Source of the DNA: Gemmatimonadota bacterium
Lineage (GTDB): Bacteria; Latescibacterota; UBA2968; UBA8231
Length of the DNA stretch: 12,850 nt
Assembly: GCA_038128265.1 (NCBI GenBank)
Contig: JAYPJE010000090.1
Location: 1-12,850, forward strand
Direction of reading: 5' to 3'
The stretch's first letter is position 1. Each line of letters opens with the position of its first letter. The notes under the pieces were generated by a model. The model did no database searches. It saw only the letters and a program-made list of their open reading frames with translations, and was not told the origin of the DNA. The translations under genes were made by a program, and so were the position numbers. This document shows positions 1-7,914 of this stretch, piece by piece.

Positions 1-2
1 AT

Positions 3-47
3 CTGGCCGTATCGTTTGCGCGGCCCATGCTGCGCATGCACCTGTAA
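3..47 (+). CDS. Possible 3' end of an upstream gene (…LAVSFARPMLRMHL*), truncated by the window edge
   Basis: Frame is open from position 3 to TAA at 45-47, 6 nt before the ATG at 54. Too short to identify and could be chance. Confidence 0.3.
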   Translation: MAVSFARPMLRMHL

Positions 48-53
48 AAGCGC

Positions 54-2420
54 ATGCCCTATTCTATATCCGCACAGAGCGCGGCAACCAAAGCCATACT
101 CTGTGCATTTGCTATATCCCTCATTGCATGTAACCACTACACCATTGCCAAGCTAGCAGTATTTCATCCTGCCACTAGCCACGTAACGTTGCTTCGCTTT
201 ATTGAAGCGCTGCGCCAAGAATCGCTCTTCGGAACAGTTGATGCGCTACTCATATCATCAGTTCTGATTTTAGCCCTAACTCTCATTGCGATCGAATGGC
301 GCAGTCAGAGCCTGAGCATGTTCTTGCGGGAACTTGTCCAGCGCGAAAATACTGCACGATTCTTTCTTATCGTATCGTCTCTGATTTCCGTCCGCTACTA
401 CTTTGCACCTGGTCCTCTGCACTGGGCCGGGGATGCAGCTCAACACATCGTTTATGTGAAACTAACCGCCCATCAATTTGCTCTCGGCCACATACCTACT
501 TGGACTTTTGCCATCGGCAATGGCTCACCCTTTTTGCAAAATTATGGCCCGCTGTTTTTCTATATAGCTGGCCTTTTTACTCTTGTCTTACAAAACCTCG
601 ACTGGGGTATTAAAATCACATTAGCCGGTGCACATGTGCTCTCTGCGTTCGGCACCTACTGCTTTGTTCGGCATCTGTGTAACTCGCGCCGCGCTGCGCT
701 CTTTGCGGGACTCGTGTATGGCCTTTCTTTCTGGCATGTGCAGCAAGTGCTGCTTATGGGACGCTTACCACTCGGCCTTTTTTATGCCATTCTGCCCTGG
801 GGGTTTTGGTCTATAGAACGCATGGCATCACCTGAGAGACGTCTACAAGCTGCTGTGGGGGGTGCAGTCGCTATAGCCTCCCTTTTTTTTTCTCACCCTG
901 GCTATGCCGCTTACGCCACACTTTTCACTGTCTTTTATTCTGGCATGCGTCTATGGGAATGGCGTAAACATAACGACATAAAAACGCGTGCTATATGCAC
1001 TTTAGCTCTCCTATGTGGGGGGGGCCTGCTAAGTACCTACATGACCCTGGGCATGTGGATTGAGCGCGTCTACACCAATATGCACTCCATGCGCTTCGGG
1101 ATAGGACACACAGCGCTACAGAGTGTACCCGATCCATCCTGGCAGCATATCCTCGTCTGGTCAAACTTTCGTTTTTGGTTGTCTTATTCAGGCGATTTTC
1201 ACTGGTATGGCGGCTACCTAGGAATCGTCCCTCTACTCATTGCACTCACAGCGAGTGTTTTTGCACTACGCACACGCCGCTATGCGGGAGTTATCCTTTG
1301 TCTTTTGCTGAGTTTCTGGATTGTCTTTGCCTATCGAATACCCCCTGTCAGCACGCTGCAGTTCATCCAGAATATGAATGCAGCCCGCTACCTCCTCTTC
1401 GCCTGCTTTTTTATTTCTGCAGCCGCCGGAATTGGTGCCCATGTAATCGCTTTAAACACACGCAGCAGGGGCTGGTCCTTCACGCCTTACGCACTGCTTT
1501 TTATCGCACTTTTTATCGACCTTGGCTCTACTACGTTTATACAACCCTATAAAGGCGAGGATAAACGGTTTTCCAACGAGGGCTTCGTCGATGTTGCAGA
1601 CGCAACACGCGAATACGAGCAGCAGGGACAGCTTGCACCTTATCGCATTATTCGATTTTCTTCAGGCAGCAACTACTTAAACGTCGCCAAGACTCTCCAC
1701 CTTTCCCATGTGCCAACAGCAGACGCATTCCACCCGGGCGAATTACGTGCATTAGGCACCTTCACACGCCCTTTTATCGAAATGGCCAAACGCGCTCTGA
1801 ACAAACTCGATCGCTTAGAAGACATCACTCACCTTCCCGAATATCCTGCATTGCAGTCTGGTTTTTCTCTGCTGAACACACGCCATTTCGTGGCTTCCTT
1901 AGACGGCGAAGAGAATATCTTCGCAATTTATAGCCGACCATCTCCCATCATCGTCGCTCCGAGCCTGCAACCATATTTCGAGGAGGATGTGGACCCGCTC
2001 GCATTGATATACTCGATGGAGATCTCGCCAACGGAAGCGCGGAGTCAACGTATCTTTGCGCGCAATATCCCGGCTGCCATTCACCTGGACCCTTCTCCCA
2101 AGGTGACCGTCTTATCGCATCAGGTATTTGGTGAACGCGTCACCCTACGCGTACATGTCGACCGTGCCTGTTTCGCACGACTCGCCTACGCATACTTCCC
2201 ATACTATCAGTTAAAAGTGGATGGACGCGTTACTCCCTTTTACGAAACGGCAGGACGATTCGTAGGCCTCCACCTGTCAGGAGGAGAGCATTTAATCGAA
2301 CTCGAAGCAGGGCTATCTCCTCTCCGGATTATTCTACTCAGCGTTTCCGCTGCGTTTCTGATAACAACCGTCGTCTTTCTCTGGCGGAGATCTGTAGCGA
2401 CGGCAATCAAGAGCACTTAG
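54..2420 (+). CDS. Polytopic membrane protein, GT-C-fold glycosyltransferase-like (YfhO / 'PTPS-related' membrane protein type)
   Basis: 788-aa ORF with many hydrophobic helices. First large loop has HWAGDAAQH (acidic residue at the position typical of GT-C enzymes) followed by W…[13 protein letters not shown]. Soluble C-terminal domain with [13 protein letters not shown]…[13 protein letters not shown] precedes a final TM helix, as in YfhO-like proteins. Confidence 0.7.
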   Translation: MPYSISAQSAATKAILCAFAISLIACNHYTIAKLAVFHPATSHVTLLRFIEALRQESLFGTVDALLISSVLILALTLIAIEWRSQSLSMFLRELVQRENTARFFLIVSSLISVRYYFAPGPLHWAGDAAQHIVYVKLTAHQFALGHIPTWTFAIGNGSPFLQNYGPLFFYIAGLFTLVLQNLDWGIKITLAGAHVLSAFGTYCFVRHLCNSRRAALFAGLVYGLSFWHVQQVLLMGRLPLGLFYAILPWGFWSIERMASPERRLQAAVGGAVAIASLFFSHPGYAAYATLFTVFYSGMRLWEWRKHNDIKTRAICTLALLCGGGLLSTYMTLGMWIERVYTNMHSMRFGIGHTALQSVPDPSWQHILVWSNFRFWLSYSGDFHWYGGYLGIVPLLIALTASVFALRTRRYAGVILCLLLSFWIVFAYRIPPVSTLQFIQNMNAARYLLFACFFISAAAGIGAHVIALNTRSRGWSFTPYALLFIALFIDLGSTTFIQPYKGEDKRFSNEGFVDVADATREYEQQGQLAPYRIIRFSSGSNYLNVAKTLHLSHVPTADAFHPGELRALGTFTRPFIEMAKRALNKLDRLEDITHLPEYPALQSGFSLLNTRHFVASLDGEENIFAIYSRPSPIIVAPSLQPYFEEDVDPLALIYSMEISPTEARSQRIFARNIPAAIHLDPSPKVTVLSHQVFGERVTLRVHVDRACFARLAYAYFPYYQLKVDGRVTPFYETAGRFVGLHLSGGEHLIELEAGLSPLRIILLSVSAAFLITTVVFLWRRSVATAIKST

Positions 2421-2457
2421 ATTACCGACCATTAAGACTATCCACCCACATCGATAG

Positions 2458-2465
2458 CAAAGGAA
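2458..2465 (+). promoter_or_regulatory. Shine-Dalgarno site for the aminopeptidase
   Basis: CAAAGGAA ends 5 nt upstream of the ATG at 2471. Confidence 0.7.
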
Positions 2466-2470
2466 CGCAC

Positions 2471-3586
2471 ATGCACGATCCGCGCTTGGATCGCCTCGCA
2501 GAAATCCTCATCCAGCATTCCACAACGCTGCAACAGGGCGAAAAAATCCTCATAGAGACGTTCGACATTCCCGAGGAAATGGTCGTTGCCCTTATTCGCG
2601 CTGCACGCGCAGTAGGCGGCATACCGGTCGTATCCTACAAGCGCACGCGCATTCAGCGCGAACTGCTGCGGGCAGCCCAGCGCGAAGGTATGGAACTCAT
2701 AGGTGATGTAGAGGCACACCGCATGCGCCAGGTCGATGCCTACGTTGGCCTGCGCGGCTCGGGCAATATTGCCGAACTTTCCGACGTGCCCAGCGTGGCA
2801 ATGCAGCTATACGAAGAGCGCTGGATGAAGCCCGTGCACTACGAAATTCGCGTGCCAAAAACCAAGTGGGTCGTGCTGCGCTGGCCCTCCTCCGCGATGG
2901 CACAGCAGGCGCGCATGAGCACCGAGGCCTTTGAGGACTTCTATTTTGATGTATGCACCCTCGACTACGGCAAGATGGCCTCCGCGCAAAAGCCGCTAGC
3001 CGACCTGATGCGGCGGACGGATCGCGTGCACATTAAGGGTCCCTCTACCGATCTGCGCTTCAGTATTGCCGACATACCCGTGATCGAGTGTTCTGGCGAG
3101 CACAATATTCCCGATGGCGAGTGCTTTACGGCGCCGGTGCGCGATTCGGTGGAAGGCGAAATCACCTTTAACGCCAGCACGCTCTACCGCGGCACGGTGT
3201 TCGACCACATTCACCTGCGCTTTGAACGGGGCCGCATCGTCGAAGCACATAGCAACGACGATGACCAACTCAACCAAGTGCTCAATGCCGACGAGGGCGC
3301 GCGCTATATCGGCGAATTTGCCATCGGATTCAACCCACACATAACGGACCCCATGCTCGATATCCTCTTTGACGAGAAAATAGCCGGTTCGTTTCACTTT
3401 ACTCCCGGCCAGGCCTACGAAAATGCGGATAACGGCAACCGCTCGACCATCCACTGGGATATGGTGATGATCCAAACGCCGAAGTTCGGCGGCGGCGAGA
3501 TCTACTTTGACGACGTGCTCGTGCGCAAGGATGGCCAATTCGTCCTACCCGAACTACACGGCCTCAACCCAGACCAGCTTAAATAA
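2471..3586 (+). CDS. Aminopeptidase, peptidase family M29 (AmpS/AmpT/aminopeptidase II type)
   Basis: N-terminal [12 protein letters not shown], then NIPDGE, IGEFAIG, ILFDEK, HFTPG and [10 protein letters not shown] motifs characteristic of M29 metallo-aminopeptidases. Good RBS. Confidence 0.92.
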   Translation: MHDPRLDRLAEILIQHSTTLQQGEKILIETFDIPEEMVVALIRAARAVGGIPVVSYKRTRIQRELLRAAQREGMELIGDVEAHRMRQVDAYVGLRGSGNIAELSDVPSVAMQLYEERWMKPVHYEIRVPKTKWVVLRWPSSAMAQQARMSTEAFEDFYFDVCTLDYGKMASAQKPLADLMRRTDRVHIKGPSTDLRFSIADIPVIECSGEHNIPDGECFTAPVRDSVEGEITFNASTLYRGTVFDHIHLRFERGRIVEAHSNDDDQLNQVLNADEGARYIGEFAIGFNPHITDPMLDILFDEKIAGSFHFTPGQAYENADNGNRSTIHWDMVMIQTPKFGGGEIYFDDVLVRKDGQFVLPELHGLNPDQLK

Positions 3587-3630
3587 CTAGACTGCCTCTC
3601 CTCAACCTTTATATCAACCGCACCGACAAG

Positions 3631-3647
3631 CACAGCACGGTGCTGTG
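3631..3647. promoter_or_regulatory. Perfect 8-1-8 palindrome, candidate operator
   Basis: CACAGCAC-G-GTGCTGTG, 5 nt upstream of the AGGA RBS (3653-3656) of the dehydrogenase gene. Confidence 0.5.
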
Positions 3648-3667
3648 AGACTAGGAACAGCCATCAT

Positions 3668-4633
3668 ATGCGCTACCAATCCATCGCCTTTACTGCCCGC
3701 GAGACCGCCCAGCTCATCGAAGCCCAGTACGACCAAGAGCTGGGCGCCGACGAGGTCTTTGGCCAGACGCTCTATACGCTCGTCAGCCCCGGCACCGAAC
3801 TGGCCGGCGCCTATCTGGGTGAGCGCTTTCCCAGCCACCCGGGCTATGCGGCCGCTTTCCGCGTTGAAGCCCTAGGCGCAGACGTTTCTGGTATAGCCGA
3901 AGGCGACGTGCTGTTTTGCATGGGTAAACACCAGTCGCACCAGCGCGTGCGCAGCGCAGAGACGGCCCATGTCCCCGCCGACTTAACACCGCATTTGGTT
4001 CCCTTTTGCCGCCTTATGGGGGTGACGATGACCACGCTACAAACGACGCTGGCCCGTCCGCCTGCCCAGATTCTCGTCACCGGCCTCGGCCCGGTCGGTC
4101 ACCTCTGTGCGCAGGTATTTCGCGCCTACGGCTACGACGTTATCGCCGTAGACCCTCTCGAACAGCGGCGCGCATGGGCTGAACGCGCCGGACTGCCGCG
4201 CGTGCTGGAAAACGTGCCACACGATGACGAGCACATCGCCCGTCGCATCGATCTGCACATCGAGTGCTCAGGCCACGAAATGGCCGCGCTCGACGGCTGC
4301 AAAGTAGTAAAGAAAAAGGGGGAAATCGCTCTCGTCGGAGCCCCGTGGAGCCAGCGCGCCGACGTGCAGGCACACCAATTCCTGCGCGAGATTTTCTTCA
4401 ACTACGTCATACTGCGCTCGGGATGGGAATGGGAGCTGCCGCATCACAACCTGGACTTTCGCCAGGGCAGCATCTTTGCCAACTTTTCCGAGGCGCTGCG
4501 CCTGCTGGCAAACGGCCACGTCGTCGTCGAGGGGCTCTACGACCTGCTGGCCCCAGCATCCTGTCAAAACGTGTATCAAGATCTGTTGCACCGCCGAGCG
4601 TCGAACCTATTTCAGGTTTTTGACTGGCAATAA
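3668..4633 (+). CDS. Medium-chain dehydrogenase/reductase (MDR, Zn-ADH-like fold; SxGTE/BchC-like subgroup), probably NAD-dependent
   Basis: GroES-like N-domain with LVSPGTE and PGYAA. Rossmann VTGLGPVG followed by VDP (Asp indicates NAD preference). IECSG motif. The four-Cys structural-zinc lobe is absent. Confidence 0.85.
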   Translation: MRYQSIAFTARETAQLIEAQYDQELGADEVFGQTLYTLVSPGTELAGAYLGERFPSHPGYAAAFRVEALGADVSGIAEGDVLFCMGKHQSHQRVRSAETAHVPADLTPHLVPFCRLMGVTMTTLQTTLARPPAQILVTGLGPVGHLCAQVFRAYGYDVIAVDPLEQRRAWAERAGLPRVLENVPHDDEHIARRIDLHIECSGHEMAALDGCKVVKKKGEIALVGAPWSQRADVQAHQFLREIFFNYVILRSGWEWELPHHNLDFRQGSIFANFSEALRLLANGHVVVEGLYDLLAPASCQNVYQDLLHRRASNLFQVFDWQ

Positions 4634-4641
4634 CCGCAGGT

Positions 4642-4680
4642 GTTGACACCGCTGCCGGCGCACACTGCGGCGGTGTCAAC
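4642..4680. repeat. 14-bp inverted repeat (stem-loop) between the MDR and SDR genes
   Basis: GTTGACACCGCTGC (4642-4655) pairs with GCGGCGGTGTCAAC (4667-4680), with one G·U pair and an 11-nt loop. No poly-U tail. Confidence 0.75.
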
Positions 4681-4740
4681 GTACCCCTTGATGCATCCCA
4701 AACGCCGCACCAGTTTATACGCGCAGCGAAAGGATTACCC

Positions 4741-5700
4741 ATGGATATACTCGTCGTTGGCGGCACCGGGCATATCGGTTCCTATCTGGTACCGCGCCTC
4801 GTTCTCGACGGCCACCGGGTGCGTGTCGTTGCCCGCACCCCACGGCCCCAATATGCCGAGGAGCGCCTAGTCTGGTCGCAGGTCGAGTGGATCCAAGCCG
4901 ACCGACGAGCCGAAGAGGCCGACGGCACCTGGCTCCAGCGCATGCGCTCCATAGAGACCGATGTCGTTGTCGATCTCATCGCCTTCACCGTGCAGGAAAA
5001 CGCCGCGATGATAGAGGCGTTCAAGGGGCGCATCGCCCACTTTTTGCACTGCGGCACGATCTGGGCTTACGGCCCCAGCGCACGCACGCCCTATCAGGAG
5101 CACTTTCCGCGCCGGCCGATTACCGAGTACGGGATTAACAAGGCAGCCATCGAAGCCGACCTGCTGCGCGCTTGGAGCGCAGAGCGCTTTCCCGCCACCG
5201 TCGTGCATCCCGGCCATATATCGGGACGCCGATGGCTCCCCATCGATCCGCAGGGCAGCCGCGCTGGGGTCGAGGTGTACGAAAAACTGGCCACTGGGCA
5301 GGTCGTCCACTTGCCCGATCTAGGGCTCTATACGATCCACCACGTGCACGGCGACGACGTCGCCCAACTATTTCACCGCGCCATCGACCAACGCCCACAA
5401 TCTCTCGGCCAAAGCTTTAGCGCCGTCGCGCCTTACGCCCTTTCGCTGGTGGCCTGCTGCCAGAGCGTGGCCTCGCTCTTTGGCCGCCAACCCGCCCTCG
5501 AATTCGTGCCCCTGCAGCGCATGGCCGACGTTGTCGGACAAGACGCGTACGACGTTATCGCAGCGCACTGCCAGCACTCGCCCTGTTCGAGCATCGCCAA
5601 GGCCGAGCAGCTCCTGGGGTATCAGCCCCGCTATACGACGGAGCAAATCTATGCCGAATGCATTGAATACCTATTAGAAAGCGGTCAGCTGCGCCTTTAG
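4741..5700 (+). CDS. NAD-dependent epimerase/dehydratase family protein (extended/atypical SDR)
   Basis: N-terminal VVGGTGHIG Rossmann motif, CGTIWAYG, catalytic YGINK (YxxxK) and HVHGDDVA. AAAGGA RBS upstream. Confidence 0.9.
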   Translation: MDILVVGGTGHIGSYLVPRLVLDGHRVRVVARTPRPQYAEERLVWSQVEWIQADRRAEEADGTWLQRMRSIETDVVVDLIAFTVQENAAMIEAFKGRIAHFLHCGTIWAYGPSARTPYQEHFPRRPITEYGINKAAIEADLLRAWSAERFPATVVHPGHISGRRWLPIDPQGSRAGVEVYEKLATGQVVHLPDLGLYTIHHVHGDDVAQLFHRAIDQRPQSLGQSFSAVAPYALSLVACCQSVASLFGRQPALEFVPLQRMADVVGQDAYDVIAAHCQHSPCSSIAKAEQLLGYQPRYTTEQIYAECIEYLLESGQLRL

Positions 5701-5727
5701 TTCACCACCTAACCTGCGGAAGTTTCC

Positions 5728-6651
5728 ATGGCCGAACCCCAATTTACCGGCGTTTTTCCCATTCTTGTAACCCCTTTCACCGACGACGAAGCCATCGACC
5801 TCGAGTCGTTTGCCCGCATCGTCGATTTTATGTGCCAACTCAGCGTAGACGGCGTGACCATACTGGGCGTCCTCGGCGAGTCCAATCGCCTGTTGGACGA
5901 TGAACGCGAAGCGCTAATCAAAACAGCTGTGGCTGCAGCCGCTGGACGCATCCCTGTCGTCGTCGGCACCAGCCACGCCGGAACGCGCGCCGCGCTGCAC
6001 CTGAGCCACCAAGCCGAACAGCTGGGGGCTGCTGCGGTCATGATCACGCCCTCGCGTGAAAATGTGCCCAGCGAAGAGCGTATATTCGAGTACTTCCAAC
6101 GCATTGCCGCCGGCATTTCCATTCCCATCGTCGCACAGGATCACCCAGCCTCAACGCAGGTGCATATGTCGAACGAACTCCTGCTGCGCATGGTCGCTGA
6201 GATTCCGCAGATCGCCTGCATCAAGCAGGAAGCGGTACCCACGCCGCCCAAGACGCGCGCTCTGATCAAAGGCATGGCCGGCGACAATAGACCGACCATC
6301 CTGACCGGCTTGGGTGCCCTCTACGGCCGCTACGACCTGGAGAGCGGCGCCGATGGGTTTATGACCGGATTTGCTTTCCCCGAGGTCCTGCAGGCGCTGG
6401 TTGCAGCCCGCAACGCCGGCGACGAAGAGCGCCTGCGGGTGCTCTACGAGCGATTTTTGCCCCTTATCGTCTTTGAACAGCAGCCCGGCGTTGCCGTCCG
6501 CAAGGAGATCTTTCGCCAGCGCGGCCTGCTGGGCTCTGCCAGCGTGCGCCATCCGGCCCGCAGCATCGACGAAGGCACCGCCGCACACCTGCGCAGCGTC
6601 CTCCAATCCACCCTGCCGGATATCGATCTGACAGCCCCTCTCACTCTTTAA
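5728..6651 (+). CDS. DHDPS/NAL-superfamily class I aldolase or dehydratase (not canonical DapA)
   Basis: GVFPILVTPF start, LGVLGE in place of GTTGE, GRIPVVVG, AQDHP in place of LYNxP, Schiff-base Lys in IACIKQE, and GADGFMTG. Confidence 0.88.
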   Translation: MAEPQFTGVFPILVTPFTDDEAIDLESFARIVDFMCQLSVDGVTILGVLGESNRLLDDEREALIKTAVAAAAGRIPVVVGTSHAGTRAALHLSHQAEQLGAAAVMITPSRENVPSEERIFEYFQRIAAGISIPIVAQDHPASTQVHMSNELLLRMVAEIPQIACIKQEAVPTPPKTRALIKGMAGDNRPTILTGLGALYGRYDLESGADGFMTGFAFPEVLQALVAARNAGDEERLRVLYERFLPLIVFEQQPGVAVRKEIFRQRGLLGSASVRHPARSIDEGTAAHLRSVLQSTLPDIDLTAPLTL

Positions 6652-6655
6652 GGAG
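6650..6655 (+). promoter_or_regulatory. Shine-Dalgarno site overlapping the upstream stop codon
   Basis: TAAGGAG, with AGGAG ending 7 nt before the ATG at 6663. Suggests coupling of the DHDPS-like and enolase genes. Confidence 0.8.
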
Positions 6656-6662
6656 CCCCATC

Positions 6663-7877
6663 ATGCGCATAGAACACGTCGAAGCACTGCATATCAACCC
6701 AAGGCTATGTGAGCGCAACAAAGGCCATGAAGTGCGCTTTAGCGGTATCGACACCCAGACGGTGTTCCGCGTAACCTGCGACAACGGCGTGATCGGCTAC
6801 GGCGATACGCGCGGTCACAGCACCCTGAGCGAACAGCAGACCAATGCCCTAGTAGGACGCTCGCCCTTCGACTTTGTCGCCGCCGATCTGAACGTCGGCC
6901 TCATGGGTGCGCTTTACGATGCCATGGGTAAACACCTCGACGTGCCGGCCTATAAGGTCATGGGGCAGAAGGTGCGCGATCGCGTGCCGGTGGCCGCCTG
7001 GACGCGCCCGGCATCGCCCGAAGACTTTGCGCTTGAAATACAGCGCGCGGCGCAGGAAGGCTACATGTATTTCAAAATGCACACCTGCGAACACCACTGC
7101 GTTATTGAGCAAACGCGGGCTGCAGAAGAGGTTGCACCGGATGGATTTAAGGTCCACTTTGATTTTAACCACAATCGAACCGAAGCCTCTACGCTGCGCA
7201 TTATCGACGAAGTTGAGCGCTCGTCGATTGTCGGTATTCTCGAAGATCCCATTCGCTGGCAAAACATCGACGGCTGGCGCCGCCTGCGCCAGCGCACCTC
7301 GCTTCCCCTGCTCATGCACGTGCCGCAGTTGGGCGGAGGACCGGAGATACTCAACGGCTGTGCTGATCTATACATGGTTGGCGAAGTGGGCATTGGAACG
7401 TCTTTTAAGCGGGGTTTTGCCGCAGCGGCGGCCGAGCTATCAACCGTTATTCAGCTGACGGGTGGCACCCTATCAAAAGCACTCGCTATGCATCTGGGCG
7501 CCGTGCTCCCCAACGTTTCTCACTCGGTCAACTTGGATGATCAATATGCCGAAGACGCTACGGGAGGCCGCCTCGAAATTGACGAGGGCAGCACGCCCGT
7601 GCCCGAGGGCCCGGGCCTCGGCGTCGATGTCGATGAGGACAAGCTAAGCGAGCTAGCGGCACGCCCCAAGAGCGAACTCCCGCTGCACATTGGCGTTCTC
7701 GAGCTGCCGGGCGGCAGCACGTACTACACGCCTTCTATTCCGTCAGTAGAGCGCATAAGCGGGTTCCCCGAAGGCAACATTCGCGGCATTCGCAGCCGCG
7801 TTTGGAACGACGACGGTTCCGCAGAATTCAAAGCGATATACGAACGGGTGCAGCGCGAAGGCCACTTCAAAGCCTAG
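6663..7877 (+). CDS. Mandelate racemase/muconate lactonizing enzyme (enolase superfamily) protein, probable acid-sugar dehydratase
   Basis: GVIGYGD, ALYDAMGKHLDVPAY capping-domain signature, barrel motifs FKMH, DFN and LEDP, and C-terminal VPEGPGLGVDVDED. Confidence 0.9.
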   Translation: MRIEHVEALHINPRLCERNKGHEVRFSGIDTQTVFRVTCDNGVIGYGDTRGHSTLSEQQTNALVGRSPFDFVAADLNVGLMGALYDAMGKHLDVPAYKVMGQKVRDRVPVAAWTRPASPEDFALEIQRAAQEGYMYFKMHTCEHHCVIEQTRAAEEVAPDGFKVHFDFNHNRTEASTLRIIDEVERSSIVGILEDPIRWQNIDGWRRLRQRTSLPLLMHVPQLGGGPEILNGCADLYMVGEVGIGTSFKRGFAAAAAELSTVIQLTGGTLSKALAMHLGAVLPNVSHSVNLDDQYAEDATGGRLEIDEGSTPVPEGPGLGVDVDEDKLSELAARPKSELPLHIGVLELPGGSTYYTPSIPSVERISGFPEGNIRGIRSRVWNDDGSAEFKAIYERVQREGHFKA

Positions 7878-7885
7878 CCCTCTCG

Positions 7886-7913
7886 GATGCCTCGGGCGCG
7901 TGCTCGAGGCATC
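7886..7913. terminator. Hairpin between convergent genes (putative bidirectional terminator)
   Basis: GATGCCTCGGGC-GCGT-GCTCGAGGCATC, a 12-bp stem with one G·U pair, in the 37-bp gap between two stop codons. U-tails are weak. Confidence 0.6.
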
Positions 7914-7914
7914 T

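Noticed and set aside
4643..4679. Perfect TTGACA -35 hexamers on both strands
   Set aside because: They are the arms of the inverted repeat, and no -10-like hexamer lies about 17 bp downstream on either strand.
4640..4870. 76-aa ORF spanning the MDR-SDR intergenic region (possible leader peptide)
   Set aside because: No convincing RBS, it starts within the stem-loop, runs out of frame into the SDR gene and has no recognisable features.
5728..6651. Calling this gene dapA
   Set aside because: It lacks the GTTGE motif and the catalytic Tyr of true dihydrodipicolinate synthase, and its context is catabolic.
2996..7458. Long antisense or alternate-frame ORFs (e.g. 2996-3538 -, 6151-6606 -, 6849-7319 -, 6907-7458 +)
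   Set aside because: Typical shadow ORFs of GC-rich coding sequence, fully overlapping well-supported genes and lacking motifs.
4642..7913. Idea that the palindrome at 3631 and the hairpins at 4642 and 7886 form a repeat family or element ends
   Set aside because: They share no sequence similarity, and no transposase, integrase or target-site duplication was seen.
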